DNA from: Octopus vulgaris
Lineage: Eukaryota
Direction of reading: 5' to 3'
Length of the DNA stretch: 64,000 bases
Assembly: GCA_951406725.2 (NCBI GenBank)
Contig: OX597814.1
Span: forward strand, 21,514,001 to 21,578,000
Position numbers and translations under genes: made by a program. This document shows, one piece after another, positions 41,731 through 53,279 of the stretch. The stretch's first letter is position 1. Every line of letters begins with the position of its first letter. A model generated the notes under the pieces. That model saw only the letters and a program-made list of their open reading frames with translations, had not been told where the DNA came from and did no database searches.

Positions 41731-41927
41731 TGTATATATAAGTACTACAAGGTTAATTACTATTTACTGTTTATTTTTATACCTTTTAATGACTATCCAG
41801 AATATATTATATTTCTCCAATTTTTATAAATATATTTACCCTTATATTAATTTGATACTTAAATATACGGTCTATTACTACATATTACTTCTCTTTATAC
41901 ATTGAATGTTTACCCAAAGCATATTAT
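41494..41927. repeat. Diverged inverted repeat (~41494-41600 / ~41821-41927) around a (TA)n tract
   Basis: ataatatgctttgggtaaacatt..gtataaagagaagtaat..tttaagtatcaaatt versus its reverse complement. Confidence 0.8.
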
Positions 41928-42084
41928 ATTATTTTTTAAACTTACTTCTCTAAACATACTACATTCCTCCCTTTATAAGGTTTATACCAAGTTTTTCTAT
42001 AAAACAATATTCAGTTATACTAAATGCTCCACACACTTAACACATAAAAATATAAAAATGTAATGATATATCTTTTTTCGACCC

Positions 42085-42162
42085 ACGACGAGATTCAACT
42101 TTATTATGATTTAATTATTTTGATTAATTTTTAAAGTATGAATCGAAACAGCTGTCAGAGAT
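42085..42162 (+). ncRNA. Degenerate hammerhead-like motif
   Basis: ACGACGA-gattca...tgaatc-GAAA-cagctg-TC; stem I not recoverable. Confidence 0.45.
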
Positions 42163-44019
42163 TATGTCTATTTTTGTAATTAATATATATAATTATTGAT
42201 TTATCTCTATTTTCTTATTTTCCTTAAATAAATATAAACCTCGGTTTATTTAATTACCTATTTTTGTATATTAAATCTAGTATTATGCACAATCGTCTCT
42301 GACTTTTTTTGTCACCTTAGTCTTAAAAATATTCACGATTCAATATTTTCTGCCACTTCCTCCCTTATTCCGTTAGCCTAAGACACGCGAGCTAATTTTT
42401 CACAAAGTCAAAAATTTAAATATTTGTGCTCAAATTTTATTTATTTTCGTTTAACGTTACTGGGTCGTCCTCAGAACTATTTCTGGGAAACCTGGTGTCA
42501 GCAATCTTAATGGTAACTTGTCGAAATTGCCTTCATCTTCAGTCAACAGCTGACGAGATGACATAGTTTCCATCTTTGTAACTTGGCCTGTACGTTTTAC
42601 CCGTTGTGTGTGCCTAATTTTCCTTTAAAATTTTATACGACTATTAAGTTTTGAGAAATTTTATGATTCATTTCTCTATAATGTATCTCTGCGTTGATTT
42701 GTAACGTGTATTACGCTAGTAATAATTTTTAATATTTATTCTCATATTTGTGGAATTCCATATAAAACAAGTTGACTGCAGTTTTATGTAGAATGCAGTC
42801 AACTGATATTTTTTTCTAATTTTATTTCGATTTACTGTTTTATGATGAGTTGCTATGGCTTTCGAAAGTTTTGGAGTGTTTTTTCAAATGCCATGACGGA
42901 ATAAACTAATGTGTTGGTAACGTCCACTTTGAATGAGCACTTTTTGATTCTTATATGTCTTGCTCGTATGGTACCAGTGAACTCATCAGCACAATACACA
43001 ATGTTTTATATCTTTATTTTTTTTGCAGATCATTCGTATATCGGCTGTTGTCACTCGTATGCTCGTATGCAATATTTATGCAGTGTGAAGTTTTTATGAG
43101 TGCCGCGTAGGCATATTACAGGTGTTATTAAGAAGTTCGATTTATAACTAATTTCGGGATTAATTGCGCTGCTCGATACCTTACTTTGAAAGAACAGCTT
43201 CCTCCATACTCTGGGATCAACCAAAATCTTCTTATTGAATGTCAAATACGAAATTCTGTGAATTTTTCTTGGATGCTAAACTTAATACGTTGTCCTCACT
43301 ATTTGGCACTAAAGTGCCTTTAACACTGTTGCAAGTATCCATGTTACTTTCCTGGTCTTCAGATAACTCCCTTCCTTCTTGAATGAAGGATCTGAAAAGA
43401 GTTATGATCCCCTACTCTTCTTTCTCTGCTTCAATCATTATAAAATATTTCGATAAGTTTGCATGTAGTTGTAGATTAACGTTTTGTTGTTCTTGTTGAC
43501 CGCTGCTGAAAATGGTGGCTTTTAAGATAATAGACAATCACTGAAAAGGTATCTAATTCGCCAGAACTAAGACAAACATCACACAAAGAGGTCAGTGGAT
43601 TAACATGTAAGCAAGAAAATCTTTAGATCAATGAAATTTGCGGGAATTAAGAAGATGGAAGGGATAATTTCGATGCCTATGTGAAAACTTGTTTTAATAG
43701 AAATATCGTGGAATTTTACAGGTATGATAGATTTATGATGCAGAGTTGTATGAATACACTTTCATCTGATATCCTCAAAAACGAATAGTAACATTCAATA
43801 AACTGGAACTGAGGATAACAGTAGGAGCGAACTTAATTACGGTAGACATCATTGTATTTAGGCCTAACCTAAGTTAACCAAATCATCCCAAAAGAATCTA
43901 ATTATGACCAATGCCACCAAAAATATGCTTCATATTGTTTACTTTATCTTTAATCGACATATTTCAGATCTACACATAGGTGTACTGAGCACTTTAGTGC
44001 ATCGAGCTCTACACTCTAC

Positions 44020-44172
44020 AACGCTGGCCTTTGAAACACAGGTACTTCTCCTTTTCGCAAAATGAGTGTCTTTGAGCGATGTTAAATAAAATGTCTTGCT
44101 CAAGGATACAACACGCCGCCAGATATCGAACTCATGGTCGTGAGCTGAATGAATACACTAACCACTGAGCTA
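44020..44172 (-). mobile_element. SINE family C 5' fragment
   Basis: ggcctttgaaacacaggtac...tgtcttgctcaaggatacaac...atcgaactc...ctaaccactgagc. Confidence 0.7.
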
Positions 44173-44182
44173 CATATATGTA

Positions 44183-44228
<46 letters not shown>

Positions 44229-44439
44229 ATATATCCTTTTATCTTTTACTTGCTTCAGTCATTAGATTGTAGCTATGCTGAGCACCACCTCGAAGAATTT
44301 TTTGTCGAATGACTAGACCCCAGTGCATTTCTTTCCTGATACCTATTCAATCGTTTTCTATATGTTTTCTTCAGGAACCTCATATTTTACCATTTATTAA
44401 TGCCGCTTAAAAACTCAAGACCAAGTCATATTATTCATA

Positions 44440-44509
<70 letters not shown>

Positions 44510-44670
44510 CGTATTTTTGCCATTTCAATATGGCTAACCCCTAAGGGTGGATGCTACTGTAGTTTTTAGCCCCAGGAGGACACACTCCTCCAGCTGGCCA
44601 TAGACACACTATCTGTGTCCTGTCAGTATTTGCAAAGAGAAGTCATCCTTCCCGTCTTCAACTTATGATA

Positions 44671-44715
44671 CACACGGACTCGAGTTTCGAGGTATTGACC
44701 TCTCGTCAGCGTGTG
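44671..44715 (-). ncRNA. Type I hammerhead ribozyme (intact)
   Basis: cacacg-CTGACGA-gaggt(caat)acctc-GAAA-ctcgag-TC-cgtgtg: all core nucleotides, stem I 6 bp, stem II 5 bp, palindromic stem III, GUC site. Confidence 0.92.
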
Positions 44716-45023
44716 ACAATCATAGTTGTCGCCGAGAATTAGATTTCCTTCACAAAAACTTATACTTTTTCCAGCGTCCACTGTCGCTGATATTGAAAAA
44801 GTGAAATCAAACAATGATAAATATCAAAGTGAGTTATATACAGTAGCGGTAACACATCGTGACGTATTTTTGCCATTTCAATATGGCTAACCCCTAAGGG
44901 TGGATGCTACTGTAGTTTTTAGCCCCAGGAGGACACACTCCTCCAGCTGGCCATAGACACACTATCTGTGTCCTGTCAGTATTTGCAAAGGGAAGTCATC
45001 CTTCCCGTCTTCAACTTATGATA

Positions 45024-45068
45024 CACACGGACTCGAGTTTCGAGGTATTGACCTCTCGTCAGCGTGTG
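45024..45068 (-). ncRNA. Type I hammerhead ribozyme (intact, copy 2)
   Basis: Identical to 44671-44715, 353 bp away. Confidence 0.92.
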
Positions 45069-45346
45069 ACAATCATAGTTGTCGCCGAGAATTAGATTTC
45101 CTTCACAAATACTTATACTTTTTCCAGCGTCCACTGTCGCTGATATTGAAAAAGTGAAATCAAACAATGATAAATATCAAAGTGAGTTATATACAGTAGC
45201 GGTAACACATCGTGACGTATTTTTGCCATTTCAATATGGCTAACCCCTAAGGGTGGATGCTACTGTAGTTTTTAGCCCCAGTGGACGCTGGAAAAAGTAT
45301 AAGTATTTGTGAAGGAAATCTAATTCTCGGCGACAACTATGATTGT

Positions 45347-45391
45347 CACACGCTGACGAGAGGTCAATACCTCGAAACTCGAGTCCGTGTG
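45347..45391 (+). ncRNA. Type I hammerhead ribozyme (intact, inverted copy 3)
   Basis: cacacgctgacgagaggtcaatacctcgaaactcgagtccgtgtg read directly. Confidence 0.92.
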
Positions 45392-45603
45392 TATCATAAG
45401 TTGAAGACGGGAAGGATGACTTCCCTTTGCAAATACTGACAGGACACAGATAGTGTGTCTATGGCCAGCTGGAGGAGTGTGTCCTCCTGGGGCTAAAAAC
45501 TACAGTAGCATCCACCCTTAGGGGTTAGCCATATTGAAATGGCAAAAATACGTCACGATGTGTTACCGCTACTGTATATAACTCACTTTGATATTTATCA
45601 TTG

Positions 45604-45673
<70 letters not shown>

Positions 45674-45695
45674 GTGTGTGTGTGTGTATATATAT

Positions 45696-45766
<71 letters not shown>

Positions 45767-46029
45767 AATTTATAGTAGTGATCAAATATGATGGAGGGTG
45801 AGTAAAAGCGATAAAGAAGATAGTTGCCACTGTTATCCCCAGCAGCAGTGTTATATTAAAAGTCAAAGCGAGTGAAAAGTAATTGATAGGGCCATAGAGG
45901 TTATTTATTGTTGCCATATATTAGCTAAATTTGTCTTAACATAATTAATGTAGTGAACACCAAAATATTACTTAGAGTTACTTGTGGGGCGAAAAAAAAC
46001 ATTAGAACTATTATATTATTTTAATGGTT

Positions 46030-46215
46030 TCACAAGGCCAACAAGGAGAGAAGGTAAGCTGATACCATCGACTCCAGAATTTGACTAGTATTTTATTTCC
46101 TTGACTCCGAAAGGATGAAAGTAGTTGACCTCGACAGGATTCGAACTTAAAGTGTAAAAAGCCGAAAAAAAAACCGCACGTCGTATTTTCCTAGGCTCTA
46201 ATGACTCTACCATCG
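46030..46215 (-). mobile_element. Decayed SINE family A copy
   Basis: cacaaggccaac...gactccgaaaggatgaaag...gacctcgacaggattcgaact. Confidence 0.65.
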
Positions 46216-46325
46216 TACCGTCCATATTTTGATAATTTCAGCAATTATAGGTGACCACTCCGACGTATTTCGATCTTATTAGATATCTTCAATGAAGCTT
46301 AGATCTCATCGTACTTATCGAAATA

Positions 46326-46629
46326 AAAAAAGGAGCACTCCGTCGGTTACGACGACGAGGGCCCAGCTGATACGATCAACGGAACAGCTTGCTCGTGAAA
46401 TTAACGTGCAAGTGACTGAGCAATCCACAGACACGTGTACCCCTAACAGATTGTGACAATGCCGGCCCTTTGAAATACAGGTACAACTCATTTTTTTCCA
46501 GCTGAGTGGACTGGAGCAACGTGAAATAAAGTGTCTTACTCAAGGACACAACCCGTCGCCGGGAATTGAACTCACGACCTTACAATCGTGAGCCGAATGC
46601 CCTAACCACTAAGCCACGCACCTTCACCC
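46326..46629 (-). mobile_element. tRNA-derived SINE family C with a 13-bp TSD
   Basis: Minus-strand head gtggcttagtggttaggg...gagttcaattcc; TSD acttatcgaaata at 46313-46325 and 46630-46642. Confidence 0.88.
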
Positions 46630-47302
46630 ACTTATCGAAATAGTGATGCATGTACCATTAAGTAAATGAATACAGTTCAACATAATTTAAAAAGTGAGAT
46701 TAATTATTATTCATGGATGTCACAAGCATGTAAAACGATGAGGTCCAGGTGCTGGTAAACAAACGTCTCTCAGTTGGAAGATTCTTCCTAGAACTGTAAT
46801 CTAGGGAATTAATTATAACACGGTCTAAATAGTTCATACAAATAACAATTAGAAGTTTAAGCAGAACATTAAACATATCGTTCTCGTTGGTCTAGCAGAG
46901 CTTGAAAATATACTGAGCGCTTTCTCCTCTCCTCCGACTAAATAATTTTTTAAAAATTAAGACTTATAAATTAGATTTACTGGAAGATATTTATCTATCC
47001 CCCAATACAACCAATTGCTTGACCTTTCGATGTCAGAGGTAAATATCAACTATGAGCTGATGAGAGCCGTTGATTTCGGAAGCTGAAGTAATGGAGTTGT
47101 GACGTATATTTCCTCTCCAAAGGCACTAGTAGGCATTAGTAGTGTAATTGTTGCATTTAGGTGTGGCATCTGAGTTAGATTCTATACTTACCAGAAACAT
47201 TTTCGGTATGGGATGTGTGAGTAGTTTAAAAACAAAAATCCAAACCAATCATAGAAATATTTAAATCTTCACTTATAGAAAAAAAAAGTATTTGATCGGT
47301 GA

Positions 47303-47357
<55 letters not shown>

Positions 47358-48329
47358 TATTTATTTCTGTATATGTATGTGAATATTATTGTTAAACTTC
47401 TTTGAATGAATATCAACCGGATACCGTGATATTTTTCGCATGACAGATATGTAAATGAAATGGAAGTTCCGTAAAACGTAGAGTTTTGGGAAACAGGAAA
47501 GAAAGACGCTAAAATAATGTTGGGTTTGATATATGCTGTGCGGTATTGTGAATACAATGCCTACGTTCAAAACGGAGCATGGAAGCAGGGAAGCAGGAAA
47601 GCCACCCACAATCGACCGCATTTTCCTTTCCAATACCACGTTCACCTTATCATCCACCAAATATTGCATTGCTCTCACCGAAGTAATTGTCAATTTTGTA
47701 ATCCTTTTCGTCATCATTATCATCATCATTATCATCAACACCATCGTCGTTCTCGTCGTCATTACCATGATACGTTATTATCAACATCATCTATAGTAAT
47801 ATAATAACGTGTATGTGCGTATGAATTAATATCGTTGCTGACAATGCATCCTAAACGCTAAGCTTCCTATTTATGACCATATGATACATTAGCCGTTAAC
47901 CACTTGTGCACCTTCCACAAAACTCAAATGCGAATCAAATCGATTCATGTATTTAGGACAGAACTACTGTTAAACGTGCAAACATCTTGGATCGCGTCCA
48001 AAACAAGGTAATTCAAGTAATTGACAAATATTTACTCCCAAGAAAGTCTGTCTGTCTGACTGATACACTATCCCTTTTGTCTCTTCTACTGCTAACCAGC
48101 TACCAGCATTCCTTGTCAGTCCTGAGTCGCTCGTCACATTCCTTATTCTTTTCTTTAATCTCTATGTGCTATGTTTTCAAGGTAACGTACTTAACACTTC
48201 CTCCGACCCATTCTGTCCCTATTTACTTCAGCCAGGGAGTTATTTTGTTACTTACAAATGCTGAAACTAAACATCAGTTACATGGATTGCACTAGGGTGG
48301 GAGAGCTTACAATATGCATTAACCCTTCT

Positions 48330-48540
48330 CTTTCTACTATAGATACAAGGCCCGAAATTTTGAAGAAGGGGGCTAATCGATTTACATCGACCCCAGTTTT
48401 CAACTGTTATTTATTTTATAGACTCCAAAAGGATGAACGGCAAGGTCGACCTTGGCTGTACTTGAGCTCAGGACAAAAATGCCGGAAGAAATTCTACTAA
48501 GCATTTTGTGCGGCACGCTAACGATTCCGCCAGCTCGCCT
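48330..48540 (-). mobile_element. SINE family A copy
   Basis: acaaggcccgaaatttt...catcgacccc...ggtcgacctt...gctaacgattccgccagctcgcc. Confidence 0.75.
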
Positions 48541-49959
48541 TCCTCCTTCTTACTGGTCATAAAAGAGGCAATCAACAGAAAGTTAGTGAACGTAAATGTA
48601 CAACTAAAGTCATTAATTATCTTGACTCAAAATGAACATTAATTAACTTGACTCAAATCTAACGGTTTGTAACTTATCTAAAAATATATATTTCGGTGCA
48701 GTGCTTGTCAGGTAAATAACTTAGTTATAGAAGCAAAATATACAATCCTGTTTAATAGGGAAGAGAAATGTTTGAGCTTACGTATTCAATATTACAAAAT
48801 TATTTGAAACTTTTTTTAATTATTTTATTGGTTGCAATTGTGTGACTCCTAAGATTCCCCGAAATGATGAAATACAGCGTAAAATTACAAATGCACACTC
48901 ACACACATACACATACACAAACTCAAACGCATTTTTGCCTTATTTCACCCTGACGAATTACACTTGCAGGCTTTCATCGACTCGTAGTTTATGGCACATG
49001 GAACTTTTACAATGTGCTGTGCAGTGGAATTGAACCTATATACACACAGTTGCAGGGCGATCTGTTTCATTGCACAACATCTCTGCTCTTATTGTAAGTT
49101 TTGAATTTGTAGAATCATTAAACCATTTGCCCTGATGCTTTGCTATGCTTAGTTTCGGCTGAGTTCATATCCTCTCAAGCTCAACTTTACCTTTAATCCT
49201 TTCAGAAATCAACAAAATAAAGAACCAGTCAAGTACTGGGGTCGACTGAGTCCTCTGTCTCGTTCACTTCAAAATTGATAGCCTTGTGTCTCAATTAGTA
49301 ATCATTAATCATACATTTACTTGTACAAATGTATTCAAACTAAGGCGCGTACCCAAGTACATAGGGTGTTAGGCTCGTAACTATAATCTCGTTGATTCAA
49401 TTCTTGGACCTAGCGGTACTTTATGATTTTAAGCAATGCACTTCGCTTCACATTGTTTCCACTCTTATCAGCTAAAAATGAATACCATTCGAGTACTGAT
49501 GTACCTCTGTTTCTCTCCAGCTGTCATATCCCGAGTGAGCTGCTAGATCCAAGGGCGTGAAAATCGAGAATATGCTCGCAACTACATAGATACGAAAAAC
49601 AGTTACTGAAATCGTAGTTTATGTTACCTAGCCGTATTCTTTTGTAGGTAACGGCTGGTTCATAGATAAGTATTTTATAGAACACATGCTGTCAGCTACA
49701 AAAGTACATATCTATGCAATTAGGTAAAAGTTAAGAGTATAGTTAGAGGATTTTCAAATAGTTGTTTTCATGTATAATATTTCCTTTAGATATACTTAGC
49801 AACAATTTCAAGCAGTTTTATCAGTTGACAAACATCACTGTATGATTTGAAATACAGTTAATGTAACTTCGCCATACACTGAACTGCAAAAGAAACACGA
49901 GATGTGTGTGACTGTGAAATATGTTTTAATTTTATTTATGTCAGGGATAAATTTTGATG

Positions 49960-51051
49960 AATCTGATAAAGTCAATTTCTTGGATGCACTTTGGCTACAA
50001 TCTAGGGGTCGTTGTCATGTGTTCTGGTAGTATGCGGATCCAACACATCAAGATTGTTGGGCGTGAGTGTTCAATACCGTGTATGCCCTCCCAGGGTGTT
50101 CAAAACAGCCATGCACCGTCGGTACATGAAGTGCATGAGGTGGTTCCCAAGACCCATTAGCACCTGTGCTCACACCCTGAGGAAAGCTGCCTCCAGTTCT
50201 ACACGAATTGTCGGCTTTGGGACCACCTGGTTCAGCCGTCTCTGGACTTCATCCCACAGGTGTTCAATTGTGTTCAAATCCGGGCTGAGGTGTTGTCTGA
50301 CGCAGGAAGTCCATGATGACCCTGACCGTATGGGAAGGAGCACTGTCCTGCTGGAACACGTGGCTATGGTGACGCGCGATGAAGGACAGGATGTGAGGTC
50401 TCAGGATCTGGTGAACTTAATGATGCGCAGTGATGCCATTCCCTCTGCCTGCACCAACATTTTGGAACACATAGGGCCCAATTCTCTGATTTAGGCCTAT
50501 AGCACCCCAAACCATGATACTTTGGCCACCCCACGTGTCACTCTCCATGACACATGCATCTCTGTAGCGTTCACCCCTCTATGCCACACCCTCACTCTGT
50601 CATCCGAGGTGGAAACGCAGTACCGACTCTCGTCAGAGAAGACTATCGACCTCCATTGTTGATGCCGCCAGTGTCGGTGCTGTGTAGCCCACTGTAGTTC
50701 TGACAGACGGTGGCGGGCGGTGAGGTTGTTGGCGGCCAGTCGACATTGTACCGTGTCATCGTTGATGGATCGCTGTCCAATGCCAATCGTCTCGCAAGCT
50801 GTCACGCTGGCTGGTCTGAAGCGATCACGGAGGTGTTGAAGGTAAATGAAGCGGTCCTGCCTGGGCGTGGTCACTCGGGGGCGCCTTCTGCAGGCACGGT
50901 CTCCAGTGCTGTTGGTATTGTTGTAACGCTGTTGCAGGAAATACATGATGCTGACATAGACATTTTAAGCTTTCGCAAAAATCAGTACACGCTGCCCTGC
51001 TTGCAATCGGCCGACAGCTTGTTCTCTCTGCACTGCTAAGAATCGGATCAT
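49960..51051 (-). pseudogene. Tc1 transposase pseudogene
   Basis: MIRFLAVQREQAVGRLQAGQ start; RPRVTTPRQDR, WRSIVFSDESRY, LQQDSAP, SPDLNTIEHLWDEVQRRL motifs; frameshifts. Confidence 0.88.
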
Positions 51052-51188
51052 ACCTGATGCGTCCAAATTATGAATTTACTTTACGCCAGCCGTAAAGGTC
51101 TAACACCGAAGGAATAACACAAAGACAGACAAGATACATATGTGGGGGGAAAACAAAAGCGGATGAGCAGATGAAAGTGACGAATGTA

Positions 51189-51329
51189 TAAGGTTGTCCC
51201 AAAAGTTCGTAGAAAGTCTTGGAAAATAATGGTCTTTATTTTGAGGAATACTTTTTGTTGTTTTTGTTAGTACTTGGCGAGTAAAAATTCAATTTTCGCA
51301 AGTGTTTACGAACTTTTGGGACAACCTAA
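51189..51329. mobile_element. 141-bp mariner-type MITE
   Basis: TIRs aggttgtcccaaaagttcgta / tacgaacttttgggacaacct with TA flanks; TIR related to the 8124 mariner. Confidence 0.85.
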
Positions 51330-51639
51330 TATAATAGAATGACGGCCGCTCGAATCCCACACTTCGAGCGACGTCATTGAACCTTTTACAATTCGTTCTG
51401 AATTTCAAATTTTGTCCTTGTTTTTCTTTCTTTTTTTAAATAAATGTTAAGGTGGTGAAGGTTGGCGGCCTCCAGAGGTCCCTCATCCCTGGCGACCGCT
51501 TTACTAACATCGCCTTACCAATTCTTTCCTTCTTTTATTAACAACAGTCTCTTTTTTTCTCAAAACAACTTACGTTTTACAATTAGTTCTGAATTTCAAA
51601 TTTCGTCCCATTTTTTCTTTTTAGTTTAGTCTCTTTTAT

Positions 51640-52870
51640 ATTAAAAAAAAAAACTTATACAACTTACGATTTCTCCATCAGATTTTTTTCTGTTGACAAT
51701 ATCTTCCTTTATCCCTCTGGTCAATTCCTTTCTACGCGTATCCATTATCAAAAAGGTATCTTCACTGGGTGGGGACTGGGCGGTTTGTGGCTTCTGTATG
51801 CACGTTTGTATAACTGTCAGTTTAGCATTGGGGTCGATGCCTGGAGAGGTAGGATGGAGAATGGTGTTTGCAGGGATAGGGAGGGGAAAGGAGGTACTAG
51901 ATCGAGGTGGGTTGGGATTGGAGTGGGGTTCACCGTCGCTCTTATTTGTCTTTCTTCTTTTGTTCCTCCTCTTCCTTGCTATCACTGTCCATTTCTTTTC
52001 CTTTCCAACCTACCTACAAGGCTCCTCGTAACATTCTGTTAAGCGTTTTGCTGCCATGACGTGTGGTTTCACGTTCTCCTTCGTTATAGTCTCCGTAACT
52101 TTTACAGGAGGTAGAGTGCAATCAGCCCTTATGTGGGCTTTCTGGCCTCCTGATCTCTACCACGATCCTCAATCTTCCGCCTACCAGAATGGCGTCAGCC
52201 ATAATATCTAAATCCTCTGGAGCAGCCTGAACAATCACCTCGAGCCCCTGCCCCGGCCAGCTCCGCGCTGGTATCCTTGTTTCTTGGAGGATTGAAATTT
52301 TCTTCTCCACGCCAAGAGCCATTGCAGCCACCAACCAGGCCACACTTACCTCCGGTGGGACCTCCTCCACTCTTACCTTAGCTACACGCCTTCCAAGGTT
52401 AGTCGGCTTCAGCAGCACTTCCTGTGACCGAGTGCTGCTTAGCCTTTTCCTCTGACTGAAATCTCACCTCGACCGACACAAACTTGTTGCCCATGGCCAA
52501 ATATTTAACCTCCAGCCTGATGGGCCCCAAGCATCTTTCAATCTGTTCTCTTATTGCAACATCGATCTTTTTATCCTTTAACACGTTTGATTTGTAAAAT
52601 ACGGTTTTTGCTTGTGCTTCTTTTAATATTTTGCTAGGAGGGGTCAGTTCCACAACATACCCCTCCTTTTGAATCATGTTTCTGTATTTTCCTATATCTT
52701 GCATTTCCGCCGTTATGTTTTCTTTCTAAGTCCCAGTTGCTGCCGCAAAACTTTTCGCTATGTTCACCTCTATCTCTCTTGCCATCTTCCCCTCCACTTT
52801 TCTAATGATTCAACCATTTCGCTTTCTGACGTACTAACGTCTGAGAGACTTAGCTGTTCACATTCGAAGT
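51640..52870 (-). mobile_element. Tx1/L1-like LINE ORF1 remnant (second copy)
   Basis: KYLAMGNKFVSVEVRF, LKPTNLGRRVAKVRVEEVPPEVSVAWLVAA parallels TYLGRRISRIRLGKIPPEVDVALSVAA at 54798-55034. Confidence 0.65.
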
Positions 52871-53279
52871 CTATTCTTCCACAATAAGTGTCCCCCGATC
52901 AAAACAAGGGGGAAGAAAATAAAGGAGCGCTGCAAAGCAGTAAACAGAAAAATATAAACAAACAAAAATAACGTTTAACAATACAACAAGCGCAGCTAAT
53001 CTTAATAATAGCAAACTCGAAAAAGTGAGGGAGACGAATGTCCAAATTACGAATTTTATTATAACCATGAAGGCTAAAATACAGAAAGGACGATACAAAA
53101 TGAGAAGGGTCGGGGATCGAATGATAAAAACATTACAAAAGAGCTATTCAAAATTTACGAATTATATAAACGAATGAACGAACAACACAGAAAACAACAC
53201 AATAGAGTGGGGGACGGGTTCGACCCCACCAGCCCCGATCCACCACTGAACCTTTAATTTCCTTTGTTTTACACTCATG

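Larger units (their letters stand above)
44506..45605 (-). mobile_element. Retrozyme-like / non-autonomous Penelope-like array: 2.2 tandem 353-bp units plus a ~327-bp inverted segment, in (TA)n
   Basis: Units start at 44506, 44859, 45212; orientation flips at ~45279; each full unit has a hammerhead; (TA)n on both sides. Confidence 0.88.

Noticed and set aside
42548-42580. Hammerhead candidate ctgacga-gatg...catc
   Set aside because: Stem II is followed by tttg rather than GAAA
42771-42803. Hairpin gttgactgca...tgcagtcaac
   Set aside because: A single 10-bp stem is plausible by chance or as a tiny TE relic; no supporting context
44506-45605. CRISPR array or coding repeat (63-aa ORFs at 44623 and 44976)
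   Set aside because: Units are 353-bp near-identical tandem copies with no spacers; the ORFs lack an ATG start and recognisable motifs; context is eukaryotic
47054-47100. Hammerhead candidate ctgatga-gagc...gct-gaag
   Set aside because: GAAA is absent (GAAG) and there is no stem III/NUH or convincing stem I
51450-51520. HDV-like ribozyme
   Set aside because: Pairings are nested hairpins; the P1/P2/P3 double-pseudoknot order could not be built
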